Below, one piece after another: positions 13,171-25,810 of a stretch of DNA of 64,000 bases (positions within the stretch are counted from its first letter, which is position 1; each line of letters starts with the position of its first letter). Position numbers and translations under genes: made by a program. The DNA lies in NCBI RefSeq assembly GCF_030028105.1, contig NC_092379.1:27831821-27895820 (forward strand), read 5' to 3'. The stretch comes from Mobula birostris. Taxonomy: Eukaryota. The notes under the pieces were generated by a model. That model saw only the letters and a program-made list of their open reading frames with translations, ran no database searches and was not told the DNA's origin.

Positions 13171-16100
13171 CCCGAGGGGGAAAGTAACTTATATCATAGA
13201 GTCACAGAGAAATACAACACAGAAGCTGGTCCTTCGGTCGTTTTAGTCAATGTCAAAAACATTTATACTGCCTGTACTCCCATCGACATTCACCGGAATC
13301 ATAGCCCTCCAAACCGACACTATTGATGTATCTATCCAAACTTACACCTAGAAATTGAGATCGAATTTTCTACGTGTGCTGGTAGCTCATTTCATGCGTT
13401 CACATCCCTCTGAGTGAACAGCTTTCTCCTCACGTTTCTCTTAGACATTTTACCTTTCGCCTTTAACCCTTGTCTTTTGGTGTAATCCCACCTAGTCTCT
13501 GTTGCAATGGAATGTGGTGAATGAGGCGAACACAAGTGCAGGGCACAGGAACGGAGATTGAGTTAGGAGGCTTACACGGGCGTAAACGCCGAACAGCAAA
13601 CAGGAAGAATCTTGACAGGGAGCTCTGTTCTGGAGGATTGATGCGGGGCCTTGGCACGGAGCCTTGCCTCAGAACGACGGAGTCTTATAAGCAAATTTGA
13701 AACTGGAGCTAAACTTAGAAGAAACGTTTCCAGGCGGTCAGGAAATTTGGGTATCACACAGGAAAAAAACTGACGATCTGTCAACTAGGGTTTGCAACGC
13801 GGAGTTCTTATAATGCAGGTCATGATGAAAACCAGGTGTGCCGTCATCAAGGAAAATTAGAAGCAATTGGGAAGTTAAAGGTCGGAACCGTGGTACAGTC
13901 AAAGGAATTTAGAGGATACTAGGGAATAAACGATCAGGATCGTGACAGCCTCGTGGAAAAAGCCTGCTTGCCTCCACCGTTTCGAAACCCCTCAGAATTA
14001 TGTGTAGCTCTATTAACTTTCCTCTCAACCTTCAATGATATCAGGGATAAGGTAGTAACCTGCACAATCTTTCCTTATCCTCCTTATCCTCCTGATCCTC
14101 CTGATCCAACAAAATCCTTGTAAATTTTATTGTACTCTTTTAAACTTTCTTACAATCTTTCCTGTAGATAGACCACAGCTGCAGACACATTTGGCCTCAC
14201 CAACTTTTAAAATAACTCCAACAGAAAATCCAAGCTATTATACTCAGTACATAGTTTAATAAGAGCTAATGTGTGAAAAGCTTTTTCTAACGACTCAATG
14301 TACCTGTGACACCTCTTTCAATAGATTGCCGACCTTTGTTTTCAGATACGTTGCTTCTACTACATTTCTCCGTGCCCTACCGTTCAACTGTGTAGGACCG
14401 ACACTTGCGGGAAGATTTTCTAGAACTATTGAGGGGGGTTTAAACGAATTTGGCAGGGGGTTAGGAACTGGAGTGATATAGAGAAACAACTTCGCCATCT
14501 CTCTCTTGCGTGTCCATGCACTCCCTTTCAGCCCACCGAGACACGGCTCCCTGCATTCCTTTTTTCAAACACACAGGAGTGTCCGGAAGATTGTTGCATC
14601 TTTAAAAATAATTGAAACGTTTTTTGGTGTACTACTATCTCGAAGAAACAGGTGCACGGCTCTGAAAAGCCATGGATCATGCCCTGGCAGAGCAGATTTA
14701 TTTTAATCTGACATTCCGTGGTCAGTGCATACATTTGCAGAAGGGCTTGTTCCTGTGTTCTACACTGTGAACTGTGTGGAAATGTGCTGTTCCACCTCCC
14801 TTCAACTTGAGGGTGTGGCGTATTATTGGAGTTTTCAAGGTGAGATAAGTGTCATTTGGGTCTGACTGATAAAAACAATGAACTCTGCTTCTAGATTTTG
14901 AATCACGAATTCAAATGACCCTTCGAACCCAAAACTGTATTCTAAACAATTTTTGCATTGGAACTCACCTTATTGGACAGCGTTTGACCTATATCCCTTA
15001 TATTTTTCCCTGTCCATGCATCCTTCCAAATATCCTTTTAAATATGTTTATGCATCCATTTCAACCTTTCCTCTGGCAACACAGTCCACATAGAAGTCAC
15101 CCACTGTGTGAAGAAAAAAAGCTGCCACTCAAGTTGCTATTAATTGTGTCCCCTCACACTGTAAATCTATGTCCTTTCATTCTTAATTTCCCAACTCTGG
15201 ATCCGGAGATTGTATGTATTCCTGAAAGTATACATTTATATATAGATATTTTTTAGTACCTTAGACTTCAAGGGATCAGGTCTTTTTACAATTTCCAGGG
15301 CCTGATTACGTTGTACAACGCAGATCCTGCTGAGCATAGAGCTGCCTTACCAACCAGGCCCACCACTGCTGTCAACAATAGCTTCTGAATTCCTATTACT
15401 CAGATGTGTCTTATAACGTTGACCACCTGCATGCGCTTCTCTATGCTGAAGGTATTTTAATTCTCCCTCCGTCATTCTGAAATTACTACCTACATGAGGG
15501 AGGAATCCATCAACTCACTTCCGAATAAAATTGTGGTGATGTATTTCATTCCTTTATCTTTCTAGTCGGGCTTTCAGAAGCATCATCTGCTTGAAGGTAA
15601 CCGGAAACTAATTTTTGGAATGCATGCAATGAAGTAGCTGGGCGGGCAGTCTGTGCACTTCTTTCTGCTCTGTACAAGTTCATTTGCATCGTTTTCATGT
15701 AGAATGAGTTTATTTCAGTTTCTCCTTTTACGTGCGTTTTTAGAGCCCAATAAATTAAGGATTAGATCTTAATTCAAAATAAAACTGGAGACTCCCGAGT
15801 AGTGCAAATTAAAAACATTCTACCTCCATCCTTGCATTCTGTCGACTCATTTCGCTGACTCGATTAAAAAAAAGCATAATAAAATGACTGATAACCTCCA
15901 TCATCAGTCCTTGAAGCAGGAGCCTTGTGATTAAACGGACATGCTTAATGCTCAACCGTACCTGCCTGCAGCTGCCGGACATATATTCTGATGTGTTCTG
16001 GATCGCGTAGAATATCACATGGTAGGAAATTATTTTCAATGTAGCACAGAAAAGCATTTTAATATGCATTTGATACGCACTAAACTCAAAAGCTGTTCAT

Positions 16101-16233
16101 CGAAATAGGACCCTTTTGCTTCGCTGTGTCGTCCTCATTAGACAACCCATTCACATTTACTTTTTTTCCTGAATGCGCCGCTACCTCGGCAGGATGTGCC
16201 CTCTAGTGAGCATTCATCGCATTGCTCACGCCG

Positions 16234-16272
16234 TGTTTTTGTCCGGACCTGCTGTTCGCTTGCAACACTGTG
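16234..16272 (-). other. 23-RSS of V1
   Basis: On the minus strand: CACAGTG (16272-16266), a 23-nt spacer, then ACAAAAACA (16242-16234). Confidence 0.95.
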
Positions 16273-16704
16273 GGCTGCATAGCACAGAAATAGACGGCGG
16301 AGTCCAATACCAGAGTTTTAGAAATATTCAAATAAGAAATCTGGAGGTTTTTCTTCAATCCAGCAGTAAATCTATTCGGACATTCTGGAGGCCGTTCCAT
16401 GCTTCCGGAGTTATATATCTTCAGCAAGTATTTAAGAGATTCTCCGCGATGCTGAATATACCAGAAGATATGAGCATCAACTCTAGTGTAATTACAATTC
16501 AATATTGTGGTGTTTCCTTCCTCAACCGTTAGTTCAAGAGGGTCCTGTGTCACTGAATCTTTCCCAATTGTCCCTGCAACAAAGTAGAGGATTTATAAAG
16601 ACCCTGGCCTTACATTAAGTCTACGGACTACACACTGGCAGTTTTTGCAGATACTTACCAGGAAACATGGACAGTATAATCAGTAAGGAACAGAGGAAAC
16701 ACAT
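16273..16704 (-). CDS. TRAV: V1: TCR alpha/delta-type V gene segment, intact (leader exon 16704-16659, 85-bp intron, V exon 16573-16273)
   Basis: Leader MCFLCSLLIILSMFPG ends at a phase-1 G|gtaagt donor; acceptor ttgttgcag|GG. V exon GTIGKDSVTQDPLELTVEEGNTTILNCNY...IFWYIQ...DSAVYFCAMQP is open and has both conserved Cys and the conserved Trp. A 23-RSS follows. The symbol is family-level only; alpha versus delta usage cannot be determined from this window. Confidence 0.93.
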
Positions 16705-17198
16705 TGTGTCTGGCTTCCGATCGACTAAAAGGCAGATTTTTACCATCGGACCGATATTTGATAGTAAAATCTGGTCCGCGACACCTTTATCTATGATTAG
16801 GTTTGGAGGCGTTGCCCTACAATTGGCTGTGAGGATAGAATTGGCTGTCTCTGGGCACCAATCAGAGTCGGTTTCCGTTCCTCTGGCTGTTAATCTGTTT
16901 CTTTATAATCTGTTATCTCCCTCTCTTTCCCCAAGGTTCGCTTTTCTCGTTTTCATGTAACTGCAAGCTTACTCACTCCCTACCGTACTCTCCCTTATTG
17001 TTATACGACCTTTCCCACACTATTTCGTTGTCAGTCAATATTTATCCCGCACTTATTCACTGTATTTCCACTCAATGTTCGTTCTATCGCCATCACCATA
17101 AATCTCGATCCGCATGTTCGCACCTGGACATGATATTTCTATCTGGGCTTTTCTTATTCCTTCTTTCCACAGTCGTATCGCCCTTTGTTATCTCTGTG

Positions 17199-17253
<55 letters not shown>

Positions 17254-17281
17254 CCTCTCCCTCTCTCTATCTCTCTCTCTC
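17199..17281. repeat. (CT)n microsatellite followed by (CG)n
   Basis: Directly visible in the sequence. Confidence 0.95.
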
Positions 17282-17367
17282 GCGCGCGCAGTAAGTACTA
17301 CGTGCAGTAAGTTATACAACAGAACAGTAGATATAGCTAAGGAAAAAAAAAAACAATTGCGTCAGCA

Positions 17368-18449
17368 TGTCATGGTCCGGATCGGGGTCCCTTAAAATTT
17401 ACGTTGTTTATGTTACGATCCGGACCGTCGATTCCCTGGTTTCCCCTGTCCCTCGACATTGGTGATTAGAGGCAATTGACACTCGGCTGAACCGGTGGTT
17501 TATAGTCTCTGGCTTTCAGCCGTTCGTTGCGGGAGCGTCTGCAAAGTCATCGAAGGTACGGTGTGTTGATGTCATCTGGTCGGAGCAAGCCTAGTCTCTG
17601 CCGAAGTCAGGTCCGGTAATTCGCCCTTCCTCACCGGAGCAACCCTGTCCAGTTACCTCGCCGAACCGAGCCTGCAAATTTTCCTCATCAAAGTGAGCCC
17701 GTCAGTTAACCCGCCAGAGAGAATCAGGAGCCGCTGTCTACTGTTCCCGGGTCGAGTCGAGAGCTAGCCACTACCTGAAGGCTCCAAGTCAAGTCCAGGC
17801 TCCAGGGGCATTTAAGTAGCAAGTCAAGTCCTCACCTTGGGGGCATTCAAGCACCAAGTCCTTGGCCTGGCGACATTCAAGTACCAAGTCAAGTCCTCTC
17901 CCTGGCGGCATTCAAGTACAAAGTCAAGTCCTGGGCTGACGGCTTTCAAGTACCTAATCAAGTCCTGTCCCTATCGGCATTCTAGCAAGAAGTCAAGTCC
18001 TTTCCCTGGCGGCATTCTACCACCAAGTGAAGTCCTGTCCCTGGCGGCATTCAAGCGGCAAGTCAAGTCCTACCCTGGCGGCCTCCCAGTTCTGAGTCAA
18101 GTCCTGGCCCTGGCGGTCTGTGAATCCTGTCCTACCCACTTGTCTGATTCCTTTCTCTGCCCGTCTCGCCTCTCGCCCTCTTGCAGCCCCCGCCTGCACT
18201 TCGGTCTAGTTCCATTTCCGGAATTAAATAGGTACTGTCTGGTGTTCATTCGTGTTGGTATTGTCTTGTCTTGGCCTTGCCTCTGTGGGGTAAGTCGGAC
18301 CGTATTGTCGTTGCCCCGCGGGGAGTCATGTCTTGTCTTGTCTTGTCCTCGCCTCCGTGGGGTAAGTCAAGCCGTCTTCCCTTTGCCCCGCGGACGGTCA
18401 TGAGTCCCGGCCCTATATCCTGTACCCAAGGAGGGGTCCCGGCTCTCTA

Positions 18450-18516
<67 letters not shown>

Positions 18517-21500
18517 GGCCCTATGTCCTGTATCCACGCAGGGGTCCCGACTCTGTGTTCTGTGAATGTGTCCATGGTTCGATCCACCTGCTCCCCGAGA
18601 CCGAGGCTCTTTTTGCGCATGTTACTCCGCTCCCTAGCCCATGTTATGTCATTGCCTGGTTCTGGGGTCGGAGCCTGAGGCAAGACCCAGATACTGGGTC
18701 CTTGCCCAGTCTCTGGCTCGGAGTTCATACTTTAGCTTCTTCATGTCTCCTCTAGCTCTGGGAGCCGATTCCGAGTCCAAGTCCAGACCCTTGGTCCCAG
18801 CATAGTCGTAGTCCTGAGTACTTGTCCAGTTCACTATTTCCTGCTCCTTCCTTGCTCTCCTGGTATCGAACAATAAACTAAATCTAAGTAACCTCACAAG
18901 ATGTGTCTTGCATTTGGGTCCAGCCTTGCTGCCAATGTCCCCCACCACAGTGACAGAACGCTCCAGCAAAACATGGACCCAGCAGACAGAAACTGTGTTT
19001 CCAAACTCTTGTCAGCCTGAAAGTCAAGGTGTTGTTCTGCTTTGCTCGCCGGCCACATCCACCACTCCCACCCTAGTCATCGATGATACAGGTACATCTC
19101 TTGGTCGCCTGGAGGCTCCAGTTGGGAGGGGGATACGGTCATGGACCGGATAGGGGTCCCTTTAAAATTAGCTTGTTCATGTTACAATCCGGACCGTCGA
19201 CTCCCTGTTATCCCGTGTCCTTCGGCTTTGGTGATTAGAGGCAATTAACACTCGGCTGAACCGGTAGTTTATAGTCTCCGACTTTCAGCCTTTCGGTGCG
19301 GGAGTGTCTGCAAAGTCAGCGAACGTACGGTGTGTTGATGTCATCTGGCCGGAGCAAGCTTAGTCTCTGCCGAAGGGAGTGTCGGTAATTCGCTGTTCCT
19401 CACCAGAGCAATCCTGTCCAGTTACCTCGCCGAAGCGAGCCTGCAAAGTTTCCTTAGCAAGGTGGGCCCGTCAGTTAACCCGCCAGAGAGAATCAGGAGA
19501 CGCTCTCTACTGTTCCCGGGTCGATTCGAGAGCTCGCCACTACCCGGAGGCTCCAAGTCAAGTCCTGGCTCCGGGGGCATTCATGTAGAAAGTCTAGTCC
19601 TGGACTGGGGGCATTTAAGTACCAAGTGAAGCCCTGGGCCTGGCGGCATTCAAGTACCAAGTCACGTCCTAGCCCTGGCGGTCTGTGATTCCTGTCCTAC
19701 CCCCTTGTCTGAATCCCTTCTCTGCCCCTCTCGCCTCTAGCCCTTGTCTACAGCACCCGCCTGCACTTCGGTCTAGTTCCATTGCCGGAGCTTGATAGGT
19801 ACTGTCTGGTGATAATTCGTGTTGGTCGGGCCTTGTCTTATCGTCGCCTCCGTGGGGTAAGTCAGACTGTCTTGCCGTTGCCCCGCGGGGAGTCATGTCT
19901 TGTCTTGTCTGGTCTTCGCATCCGTGGGGTGAATACTGACCGTCTTGCCGTTGCCCCGCGGGGAGTCATGTCTTGTCTTATCCTAGCCTCCGTGGGGTAG
20001 GTCAGGCCTTCTTGCCGTTGCCCCGCGGGAATCATGTCTTGTCATGTCTTTTCCTCGCCTCCGTATTGTAAGTCAAGCCGTCTTGCCCTTGTCCCGCGGA
20101 CGGTCATGAGTCCGGCCCTATATTCTGTGCCCAAGGAGAGGTCCCGGCTATTTGTTCTGTGTGTGTGTGTCCCAGCCCTATGTCCTGTACTCAAGGAGGG
20201 GTTCCGACTCTGTGTTCTGTGTATGTGTCCATGGTCCCATGTATTGCTCCCCGAGACCAAGGCTCTGTGTTCGCCTGTTCCTCCTATCCCTAGCCCATGT
20301 CATGTCCTTGTCTGGTTCTGGGTTCCGAGCCCAAGGCAAGACCCAGGTACTGGGTCCTTGCCCAGTCTCTCGCTCGGTGTCCCTACTCTAGCCTCTTCAT
20401 GTCTCCGTGTCACAATGCCGGGGGTATTGGGAGCAAAGATGGACCCAAATGCAAGACAAATCGTTTGAGGTTACTGAGATGTAGTTCATTGTTCGACACC
20501 AGGAGAGCTAGGCAGGAGTAGGAATAGCGAACTGGACAGGGACTGAGGAATACGACTAGGCTGGGACCAATGCTCTGGGCTTGGACTCGGAATCGGCTCA
20601 GAGAACTAGAAGAGACATGAAGAGGCAAGAGTATAGACTCGGAGCCCGAGACTAGGAAAGGACCCACTCCCTGAGTCATGCCTCGGGTCCAGACCCCAGA
20701 AAGAGGCATGGACATGACATGGGCTAGAGAGAGGAGGGGCATGTAAAACAGAGCGTCGGTCTCGGGAGAGCAGGTACATGGAACCATGGACACATACACA
20801 GAACACAGAGTCGGGACCCTTCCTTGCGTACAGGACATAGGGCCGGGACTCATGACACCCGCGGGGCAAAGGCAAGACGGCCTGCCTTACCCCACGGAGG
20901 CGAGGACAAGTCGAGACAAGACATGACTCACTGCGTTTCAACGGCAAGACGGCCTGACTTACCCCGCGGAACGCGAGGACAAGACAAGACAAGACCAACA
21001 CGAAAGAACACCAGTCAGTACCTATCTAGCTCCGGTGATGGAAGTAGACCGAAGTGCAGGCGGGCGCTGCAGACGAGGGCTAGAGGCGAGAGGGGCAGAG
21101 AAGTGATTCAGACAAGGGGGGGTAGGACAGGTCTCATAGACTGCCAGGGTCAGGTCTTGACTCAGAACTGGGAAGCCGCCAAGGAAAGGAAATTACTTGG
21201 TGCTTGAATGCCGGCAGCACAGGACTTGACTTGGTGCTTGAATGCCTCCAGTCCCAGGACTTGACTTGGTGCTTGGATGCCACCAGGGCGAGAACTTGGC
21301 TTTGTTCTTGAATGCCACCAGGGCTAGTATTTGACTTGGTGCTTGAACGCCGCATGGCCGAGGACTTGACTTGGTGCTTGAATGCTGCCAGGGACAAGAC
21401 TTGAATTAGCGCTTGAATGCCGCTAGTGCCAGGACTTGACTTGGTGCTTGGATGTCGCTAGGGAGGACTTGACTTCTTGCTTGAATGCCGTCGGAGCCAG

Positions 21501-22108
21501 GTCTTGACTTTGAACCTGCAGGTAGTGGTGAGCTCTCGACTCGGCCCGAGAACAGTAGACAGCGGTTCTTGATTCCCTCCGGCGGGTTAACTGACGGACC
21601 CACCTCGCTGACGAAACTTTGCAGGCTCGCTTTGGCAAGGTAACTCAACAGGGTTGCTCCGGTGAGGAAGTGCGAGTTACCGGCATACGCTTCGGCAGAG
21701 ACTAGGCTTGCCCCAGCCAGATGACATCTGCACACCGTGCCTTTCATGACTTAGCAGACTCTCCCGCGCCGAACGGCTGACAGCCGGAGACTATAAACTC
21801 CCGGTACAGCCGAGCGTTAATTGCCTCTAATCACCAAAGACTAGGGACTAGGGTCCTTGCGCAGTCTCTGGCTCGGAGTCCATACCCTAACCTCTTCATG
21901 TCTCCTCTAGTTCTGGGAGCCGATTCCGTGTCCACGCCCAGACCCTTGTTCGCAGACTAGTCGTAGTCCGGATTCCTTGTGCAGTTCGTTATTTCCTGCT
22001 CCTGCCTTGCTCTCTGGTATCGAACAATAAATTAAATCTAAGTCACCTCACAAGATGTGTCTTGCATTTGGGTCCTCCCTTGCTCCCAAAGCCCCCGCCA
22101 GTGTGACA
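17368..22108 (+). mobile_element. Non-autonomous Gypsy/Sushi-like LTR element with a 181-bp internal region and an inverted LTR copy inside its 3' LTR
   Basis: TSD CAGCA at 17363-17367 and 22109-22113. LTR-A 17368-18955; internal 18956-19136 (MDPADRNC.. gag-like start, polypurine tract GGGAGGGGG at 19124-19132); LTR-B 19137-~20407; inverted LTR-C 20408-~21850; LTR 3' end ~21848-22108. Confidence 0.85.
18453..18512. repeat. (TG)n microsatellite within LTR-A
   Basis: Directly visible in the sequence. Confidence 0.95.
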
Positions 22109-22113
22109 CAGCA

Positions 22114-22590
22114 TGAAATAATTCAATCTGATAGCCTGGTAGAAGAAGCTGTCCCAGAGCCGGTTTCTCTTGGTTTTAATGCTGTGGCACAGTTTCCGAA
22201 AGGTAATCGCTGGAACGGTTTGTGGTTTCAGCGACTCGGATTCCCACTAATTCTTCTGCCCCTTTTTACGCATCTGACACTATAAAAGTCCTGAATAGTG
22301 GAAAGTGCACATCCACAGTTGCGCTGGACTGTCAGCACCACCCTCTGCAGAGTCCTGCGATTGTGGGAAGTACATTTCCCAGTGCAGGCAGTGATAAAGT
22401 CTGTCAAGGTGCTTTTAGTTATGCTCCTGCAGAAAGATCTTTGGATTTGGAGAGTCAGAAAAAATCCAGTCACGATAAGCCCAACAACAAGCACTCTTCT
22501 GGTGACATTTTCCAGGTCGTCTATCAGTTCAAAGTTTCTACGTTTTTTACATCATATTATTCCCTTATTTTGTGTTTGCTTTTCAATCTG
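22114..22590 (-). mobile_element. Rex1/Babar-type LINE, 3' fragment
   Basis: FCRSITKSTLTDFITACTGKCTSHNRRTLQRVV...IQDFYSVRCVKRGRRISGNPS is a degenerate form of FYRCTIESILTGCITAWYGNC...LQRVV. Confidence 0.75.
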
Positions 22591-22607
22591 TGACTACAGT
22601 CTGTATT

Positions 22608-23165
22608 AACCATATAACCATAGAACAATTACAGCCGGAAACCGGCCATCTCGGCCGTTATAGTCCGTGTCGAAAGCTTACTCTCACCTAGTCCCACCAA
22701 CCTGCACTCAGCCCACAACCCTCCATTCCTTAACTGTCCATATAGCTCTCCAATTTCACTTTAAATGGCAATATCGTTCCTGCCTCTACCACTTTTCCTG
22801 GAAGCTCATTCCACACACCTAAAATTCTCTGAGGAGAGAAGCCCCACCCCCCACCCCGCCTCATGTTACTGCTAAACTTTTTCCTTTAACTCTAAACTCA
22901 TATCCTCTTGTTTGAATCTCCCCTAGCCTCAATGGAAAAAGCCTGTCCATGCCAACTCTATCCATGGCCTGCATAATTTTAAATACCTCAATCAAGTTCC
23001 CATTCAACCTTCTACGCTCCAAAGTATGAAGATCCGACTTGTTCAACGCTTCTCTGTAACTTAGGTGATGAAACCCAGGTAATATTCTCGTAAATCTTCT
23101 CTGTACTCTCTCTATTTTGTTGACATCTTTCCTATAATTCGGTGACCAGAACTGTACACAATACA
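22608..23165 (-). mobile_element. CR1 LINE, 3' fragment
   Basis: YCVQFWSPNYRKDVNKIERVQRRFTRILPG...LERRRL.G.LIEVFKIM...LFPLR; tail (ATGGTT)n-like at 22608-22625. Confidence 0.88.
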
Positions 23166-23849
23166 GCAAAACAGGCTGAAGGAAGAACATATTGCTCTCA
23201 CCGACCTGCAAATGAAACTCAAAAAGCATAACAGTTAAACAAAAAAGTGCAACAGGGCATTAAACTATTCCCTCAACAAAGTAGTCATGTTCATGGCTTC
23301 GAAATCATCTGTAATTCCATCATTAATAACACCATTTTCAAAAGAATTTTTAAATCGGTCAGAACCTCCAACCCATTTGTAAATGTAGTGATATATCCTA
23401 CAAGGGGATATTCCTAACACTATCTTCCCACGGGGCTACATAGGATAGACTATCTGGGTGCCTTCTGACTCTTTGTGTCCTCCTTATCCCATCACCTATC
23501 TCTCTTTGGAGCACTCTTTCGTACACGCTTTGGGATACTTCTGCTCGACCTGGCGAGTCTTCCCACGATCGATTACAGTGGACAACAAAGATTTTGCTTC
23601 CTCAATATCTTTAGGTGTATCTTATGAGTTTTAGACTACTGATCATGTAAATCAACATGAAATGTTCTCATCATGCACAATTTTAAATAAACTTATTTCA
23701 ATTCAAATTTCAAGTCAATTAAACTGCTGCCTACAATGTAAGCTGGGAAGTATCCTATCTTGTGCAGGGATGCTTACGCATGCTTAGGCGGCGCGGCTGC
23801 TGCATGACAGGACAGGTTTTAGTAATAATTATTGGATTCAAGACTGTAT

Positions 23850-24470
23850 GGATGGATCTTGCTTTCACTAGGCACAAACATTTCAATGAAGGATTTTGAT
23901 ATTTGAGACAGATTCTTACCAGAATAACTGATGCTAAGATTAAGTAAGGCGTTTTTATTGGTCCACAGATCAAACAAGTCATCAATGACAGGCAATTTGA
24001 AGAATTTCTAGTGGGACAGGAGAAAATCACGCGGAAGACATTCAAGTAAGTTGTTGAAATGGTTCTCGGCATCTAAAGAGCACCAAACTAGATGCAGCTA
24101 GTTGAAAGCTTGTCTCAAACATATAAAATCATTAAATGCATCATGTCACTAAAGATTCATTTTCTGCATTCCCACTTAGACTTCTTCCCTGCAAATCTTG
24201 GTACTGTCAGTGACGGGCATGGTGAAAGATTTCACCAGGACATTGCGGTCATGGAGAAAAGATACCAGGACAACTGGAATCCATCAATGGTGGTGAATTA
24301 CTGTTTTACACTTAAGCGAGAAGCCTCAAACACTGAGTACAAATGAAAATCATTATCAATATAGTTTTAACTTAGTTGCACTGTTGCAAAGCATCAGCAC
24401 CATTATTCAATTAAACACATTATATTCAATAAAAGTTAATTTGTTTTTTCTCTAGATAGATGTGATACCT
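23850..24470 (+). mobile_element. DNA transposase C-terminal remnant (superfamily uncertain)
   Basis: ...FIGPQIKQVINDRQFEE... followed by MSLKIHFLHSHLDFFPANLGTVSDGHGERFHQDIAVMEKRYQ..WNPSM..YC.TLKRE, a motif I recall from widespread cut-and-paste transposases. Multiple stops are present. Confidence 0.65.
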
Positions 24471-24719
24471 CGATATGCTGATACTACACTTAAATGAATC
24501 AATCCATACGTTTACGAGGATTTCTTCTTGTTTGTCATGTAAATATTTCAGTTGTGCTCACTCAGGAGTCAAACAAAAATCTCGAAAGTAATTTTGGTTT
24601 AGAGTTGACAGAGTACGTGTGTGAAGAAGCTGCAAATTGCAGACCTGAGCCGGGCAGTTCCTCACGTCTAGTTTGGAAAGCGTTAAATGATTGTATTCAC
24701 TTTCAACGACTGGCACATT

Positions 24720-25810
24720 TGTAAATACTTCCTAGTATTAAAAAAATGAGTCTCAGTTTACTGCTTGTTTTATGGACTTATTTGGAATGTTCCAGCTCTG
24801 TGGGAAGAGGGAATTTTTCACTCACAGCAATGTATGCCAGTACAAAAAGAATGAGTATTATGTAAAGAGAACTGGGAAAATAAAACAACTGGAACCAACA
24901 GAAACGATTTTCTGCTTATTTCTTAAAAATTACAGAGCTTCCTGGCCTGTTCCACGCAACATATCTAACTTCATCAGTACCGATTTATTTGTTTCAATTT
25001 ACACAAGATGAACGCACAACATAAATTGCACGATCAAGTCATTAAGCAAGTTCGTTAAAGATTCATACTTTGTAAAAGAGTGTTGCAGAAACTGACCTGC
25101 TGAAGCAAATGATTACAAGAGTTCAAGCACAACTTGGAATATATTCGTTAAACAGGTTGCTTGTTTATTCCATGTTAAAAAAAAAAAAATCTCAGTAATT
25201 GTCAACTGCAACAGAAAAAAAATGCACCACAAAGCCATTTGCAACTGAATTATGTTTTATTCCTTATTTGGGGATCTTTTTGTTTGTAACCATTCACTAG
25301 AATATGTATGACAGCCAGAATATTCACAATTAGCAGTGTATCCTGCTGTGTAACTGCAATATGGTCATGATTAACGCAATTTTGATTTGCCGTATAACTG
25401 TTTGCTCTAAAGCGTAAGTGTAAACTTTGTGGTTCACAGCCTAAATATCACCTATGCAAAAGACTAAGACATGAACATCCAGCGGCCCGCCACGAAAGGT
25501 GTTGCAATAACAGATTTGCTTTGTTCAATAACAACATTTACGCTACCGGCATCAAATGGCAATGAACTGGTCGAATGCGTGAACGATCGTTAGCTAAGAA
25601 AGTTATGCTTTCGAAACCCAGTGACAACCAAGCGTGCATCTCATTCTCGCGCAAAGCAATCCTATAGTAAGGGAAATATTCCGATGCCGTGGGAAGCTAT
25701 TGTGGTAACGATAACCAGGAAATCGGCTACAAAGATCTAAAATATGTGGTGAATGATTGATGAGGGAAGGCTGCAACAGATTTAGGGAAGATTTCACTGG
25801 CCACGAGTTT
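24720..25810 (-). pseudogene. Highly decayed GPR139/142-like GPCR pseudogene (copy 1)
   Basis: Minus-strand translation gives VADFLVIVTTI (TM2) and TIVHAFDQFIAI*CR (TM3/ICL2, stop at 25552-25554). The segment is collinear with 45640-47070. Confidence 0.6.

Noticed and set aside
14742-14840. CACTGTG with a weak 12-spaced nonamer (agggcttgt) and a downstream LQLEGVAYYW string
   Set aside because: The nonamer matches only 5/9, there is no FGXG J motif or donor in frame, and the V-like string lacks the Cys and a following RSS.
17114-17395. Low-complexity ORFs (SLSLSL, ERERER, CVCVCV; also at 4110, 5583 and 18271-18755)
   Set aside because: These are translations of microsatellites, purine tracts and LTR tandem repeats, not genes.
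17830-18100. Regularly spaced ~33-bp repeats that superficially resemble a CRISPR array
   Set aside because: They are head-to-tail degenerate tandem units inside a eukaryotic LTR, with no unique spacers and no cas genes.
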